Shown: positions 62,904-64,000 of the stretch, one piece after another
Layout of the letters: each line of letters begins with the position of its first letter
Numbering within the stretch: position 1 is the first letter of the stretch
Virus record (IMG/VR): IMGVR_UViG_2838042994_000001
Location: 756 to 64,755 of that record
From: a virus
Taxonomy: Duplodnaviria; Caudoviricetes
Reading direction: 5' to 3' (one strand)
Length of the DNA stretch: 64,000 nucleotides
Position numbers and translations under genes: made by a program
Notes under the pieces: generated by a model
What the model saw: the letters and a program-made list of their open reading frames with translations, nothing else
Told to the model about the DNA's origin: nothing
Database searches by the model: none

Positions 62904-62951
62904 CCCTTGGTAAGGGTGAGGTCGGTGGTTCAATCCCACTCGGCAGCACCA
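62904..62951 (+). other. attR-like: 3' half of tRNA-Thr(GGT)
   Basis: CCCTTGGTAAGGG anticodon loop, T-arm GGTGGTTCAATCCCACT, ends CACCA; D-arm and 5' acceptor strand absent. Confidence 0.85.
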
Positions 62952-63220
62952 GTTTTCTTGTGGGGCACATGCCCTCACCGACTGTATAAGTCGGTTTGAA
63001 AATGCAGACAGAGCAAAAACCTCAACAGATTGAACTCGCTCCGCTGGAATGCTGTGAATATTTGCAAAGGACAGCCAAACCCGGTGACAGCAAAACGAAT
63101 TGAACGCGCATTCGATCGACAAACCGACGAAGCCACGAGATCGTTCAAGCTCTCTAGGCAGGGCTAGCCCGTAGCCACTCGTTGTGATTGAATGCTGCGC
63201 GCAGGAGTTGGGAGACTTCA

Positions 63221-64000
63221 ATGCAGGCAGATTTGATCTATGACGTTGGTGTAAACGACGGGTCGGACTCCAGCTATTACCTGGGAAAGGGCTTTCGCGT
63301 TGTCGGCATTGAAGCTCATCCAGGTTTAGCGCAAACGCTTCAGCAGCGATTTTCATCCGAAATTGCTGCTGGACGATACACTTTGCTAAACCTTGGTGTG
63401 GCCGACCAAGATGGTACCATGCCATTCTGGGTTTGCGACGATGTATCGGAATGGTCGTCATTCAACCGAGACATCGCTTCCCGCGATGGTTCCCGGCACC
63501 ATGAGGTGCACGTCTCAACGCGACCGTTTATTCACATTTTGGCTGAGCACGGCGTGCCCTACTATTGCAAGATCGATATCGAAGGGAACGATCGATTTTG
63601 TCTTGATGGAATATCTCCGAACGACGCGCCTGCGTTTGTTTCGATCGAAATGTCCCACCGGAACGGAAGTCGCGATTTGGCGCAACTTGAGGCATTGGGA
63701 TATCGTCGTTTCAAGATATTGAATCAACTTAATTTCACTCCAGCGCTCCCCTGGTTAGTTTCGCTATCGCGACCAGCAAGAGTGAAGCGGCGCTTGGATC
63801 GGTTCTACTCGTCGCGATTTGGCAAGCGCGAGGACGAAGGATGGGTATTCCCGCCTGGATCGTCAGGGCCCTTTGCAGACGGAACCCCTGGCCGATGGCA
63901 GTCCCTGGCACAAGCCATTGCAACATGGGGGAAACTTAAAAAAATATCCGACAAAGCCGGATCGCTCAACGTTTGGTTCGACATCCATGCCACCCGGTAG
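63221..64000 (+). CDS. FkbM-family SAM methyltransferase (host side)
   Basis: YDVGVNDG, VVGIEA, KIDIEGND motifs. Confidence 0.88.
   Translation: MQADLIYDVGVNDGSDSSYYLGKGFRVVGIEAHPGLAQTLQQRFSSEIAAGRYTLLNLGVADQDGTMPFWVCDDVSEWSSFNRDIASRDGSRHHEVHVSTRPFIHILAEHGVPYYCKIDIEGNDRFCLDGISPNDAPAFVSIEMSHRNGSRDLAQLEALGYRRFKILNQLNFTPALPWLVSLSRPARVKRRLDRFYSSRFGKREDEGWVFPPGSSGPFADGTPGRWQSLAQAIATWGKLKKISDKAGSLNVWFDIHATR

Larger units (their letters stand above)
1..62951. mobile_element. Temperate siphovirus-like prophage (left end outside window)
   Basis: Contiguous integrase, repressor, replication, terminase, portal, protease, capsid, tail and lysis modules, ending at a tRNA 3' fragment next to the integrase. 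Confidence 0.97.

Noticed and set aside
62881-62951. Complete tRNA-Thr gene
   Set aside because: 5' acceptor strand and D-arm are absent and the anticodon stem is only partly paired; it is an att remnant

Overview
Nearly the whole window (1..~62951) is one temperate, HK97-fold siphovirus-like prophage. The host is probably a Rhizobiaceae-type alphaproteobacterium (inferred from protein style and GC content). The prophage is integrated at the 3' end of a tRNA-Thr(GGT): the attR-like fragment is at 62904..62951 and attL lies left of the window. From right to left it carries integrase/xis; a CI-like repressor; a long leftward early operon (recombination, replication, two DNA methyltransferases, own sliding clamp and sigma-like factor); packaging, head and tail genes; a lysis cassette; a GH16 protein; and an accessory operon (protease, MotA/MotB-like pair, phosphoesterase, MazG-like and HD hydrolases). 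A host FkbM methyltransferase follows attR. Top finding: a nuclease-less Nop/IS110-C-terminal-domain protein (56011..56943) is flanked by nine stem-loop units with core CCA-N9-YG-N4/5-CCA-N9-YG, in three blocks between 55841 and 58140. This is a TIGR-Tas (TasA-like) RNA-guided system with an unknown partner gene inside the array. Other unexplained patterns: 16 copies of the tmRNA-tag-like motif ANDN in 15 proteins, five of them as complete C-terminal ANDN...AA tags; a 7-copy palindromic operator ACAAATTTGT overlapping TTGACA; a repeated CNACCAA hairpin and CACCAC-GAGGAG leader; and a 14x27-bp coding tandem repeat. All product calls come from motif recognition by eye; no database searches were run.
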